Positions 63,209 through 64,000 of a DNA stretch of 64,000 bases are shown piece by piece (position 1 is the stretch's first letter; each line of letters opens with the position of its first letter). The DNA lies in NCBI GenBank assembly GCA_050575255.1, contig JBNZDD010013588.1, positions 745,545 through 809,544 of the forward strand, written 5' to 3'. This DNA is from Harriotta raleighana. Lineage: Eukaryota. Made by a program: the position numbers and the translations under genes. Under the pieces are notes generated by a model. The model saw nothing but the letters and a program-made list of their open reading frames with translations. It did not search any database and was not told where the DNA came from.

Positions 63209-64000
63209 TGCGTGAGTGAGTCGGGCACTCAGCTGACCAAATGAAAGGCTTAATGTCAGAGCATAAAAGCTTTGAAATTTCCAGTGATCAACGATCCAGA
63301 CTNCGTGCATCAGTGAGTCGGGCACTCAGCTGACCAAATGAAAGGCTTAATGTCAGAGCATAAAAGCTTTGAAATTTCCAGTGATCAACGATCCAGACTT
63401 AAAATAGCTTCTCTGGCAGCTTGATTATCAACCGCAGAATAGTTCAAGTTTCTTGACGGGATTATTCACCGTAAACTTGTGCGTTGGATCCTGGGCAGCT
63501 TCAGACAGCCTTCGTTTGTTCATTCCCCCCTCTCTTTCCCCTTACACTCCTTTCTCCCTCCCCCCACTTTCCTCTCTGAATTTATCCCACCCCACATTTC
63601 CCTCCTTCTCCCCCACCCACCATCGTCTTTTCCCCTAACACCACTTCCACGACTGTTTGTGGGGACACTGCTGTGCGCATTTCGCTTACAAATATACAGT
63701 CTATTCTCCTATTCTCCTTCCCCCTACCCCGATTCACCCCCCACCCACCCTCCTGCTCTGGTCCCTACCTGACTGTTCAGTGCCTTAGGACATCCTCATA
63801 TAAAAGTCGCTATATAAATATAATTTTGTTGTTGTTCTTGAGTCAAGAACTTCCGATCAATGGGAACACCCTCAATCTTTCTCTCCTCGAGTCAGGAAGT
63901 TGGACGCTCAAGCCAATGAACTTGCAGTCTAGGCTGACGTGGCCGAACATACCGTCCATCTTTCGGATAAGATGCAAAATCCAGCACCCACCCCCACCCA

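Overview
Vertebrate genomic DNA from a draft assembly with N gaps. The repeat content (tRNA-headed SINE with a DeuSINE-like tail, L2, CR1) suggests a cartilaginous fish such as a chimaera; this is inference. There are three genes: (1) the last five coding exons of a DDX19-type DEAD-box helicase (+, 213-3516); (2) UBXN10 (-, single coding exon 7990-8811, probable non-coding exon 1 in a CpG island near 12.6-13.3 kb); and (3) ACAP3 (-, from exon 2 at 59490 to about 13.5 kb; exon 1 lies beyond the window and one 45-nt exon is probably in the 659-N gap). All listed coding exons were checked for GT-AG boundaries and phase. The main result is a modular ACAP3 isoform architecture that the ORF track does not show. 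It has two mutually exclusive C-termini (an ACAP3-type tail by read-through, or an ACAP1/2-type 'GDETYLDIF' tail via an internal donor, each with its own AATAAA), a candidate internal first exon (MKIFSRLNYTL) giving a BAR-less protein, a 12-nt TLLQ microexon, and a candidate poison exon. Family assignments rest on recalled sequences, not database searches.
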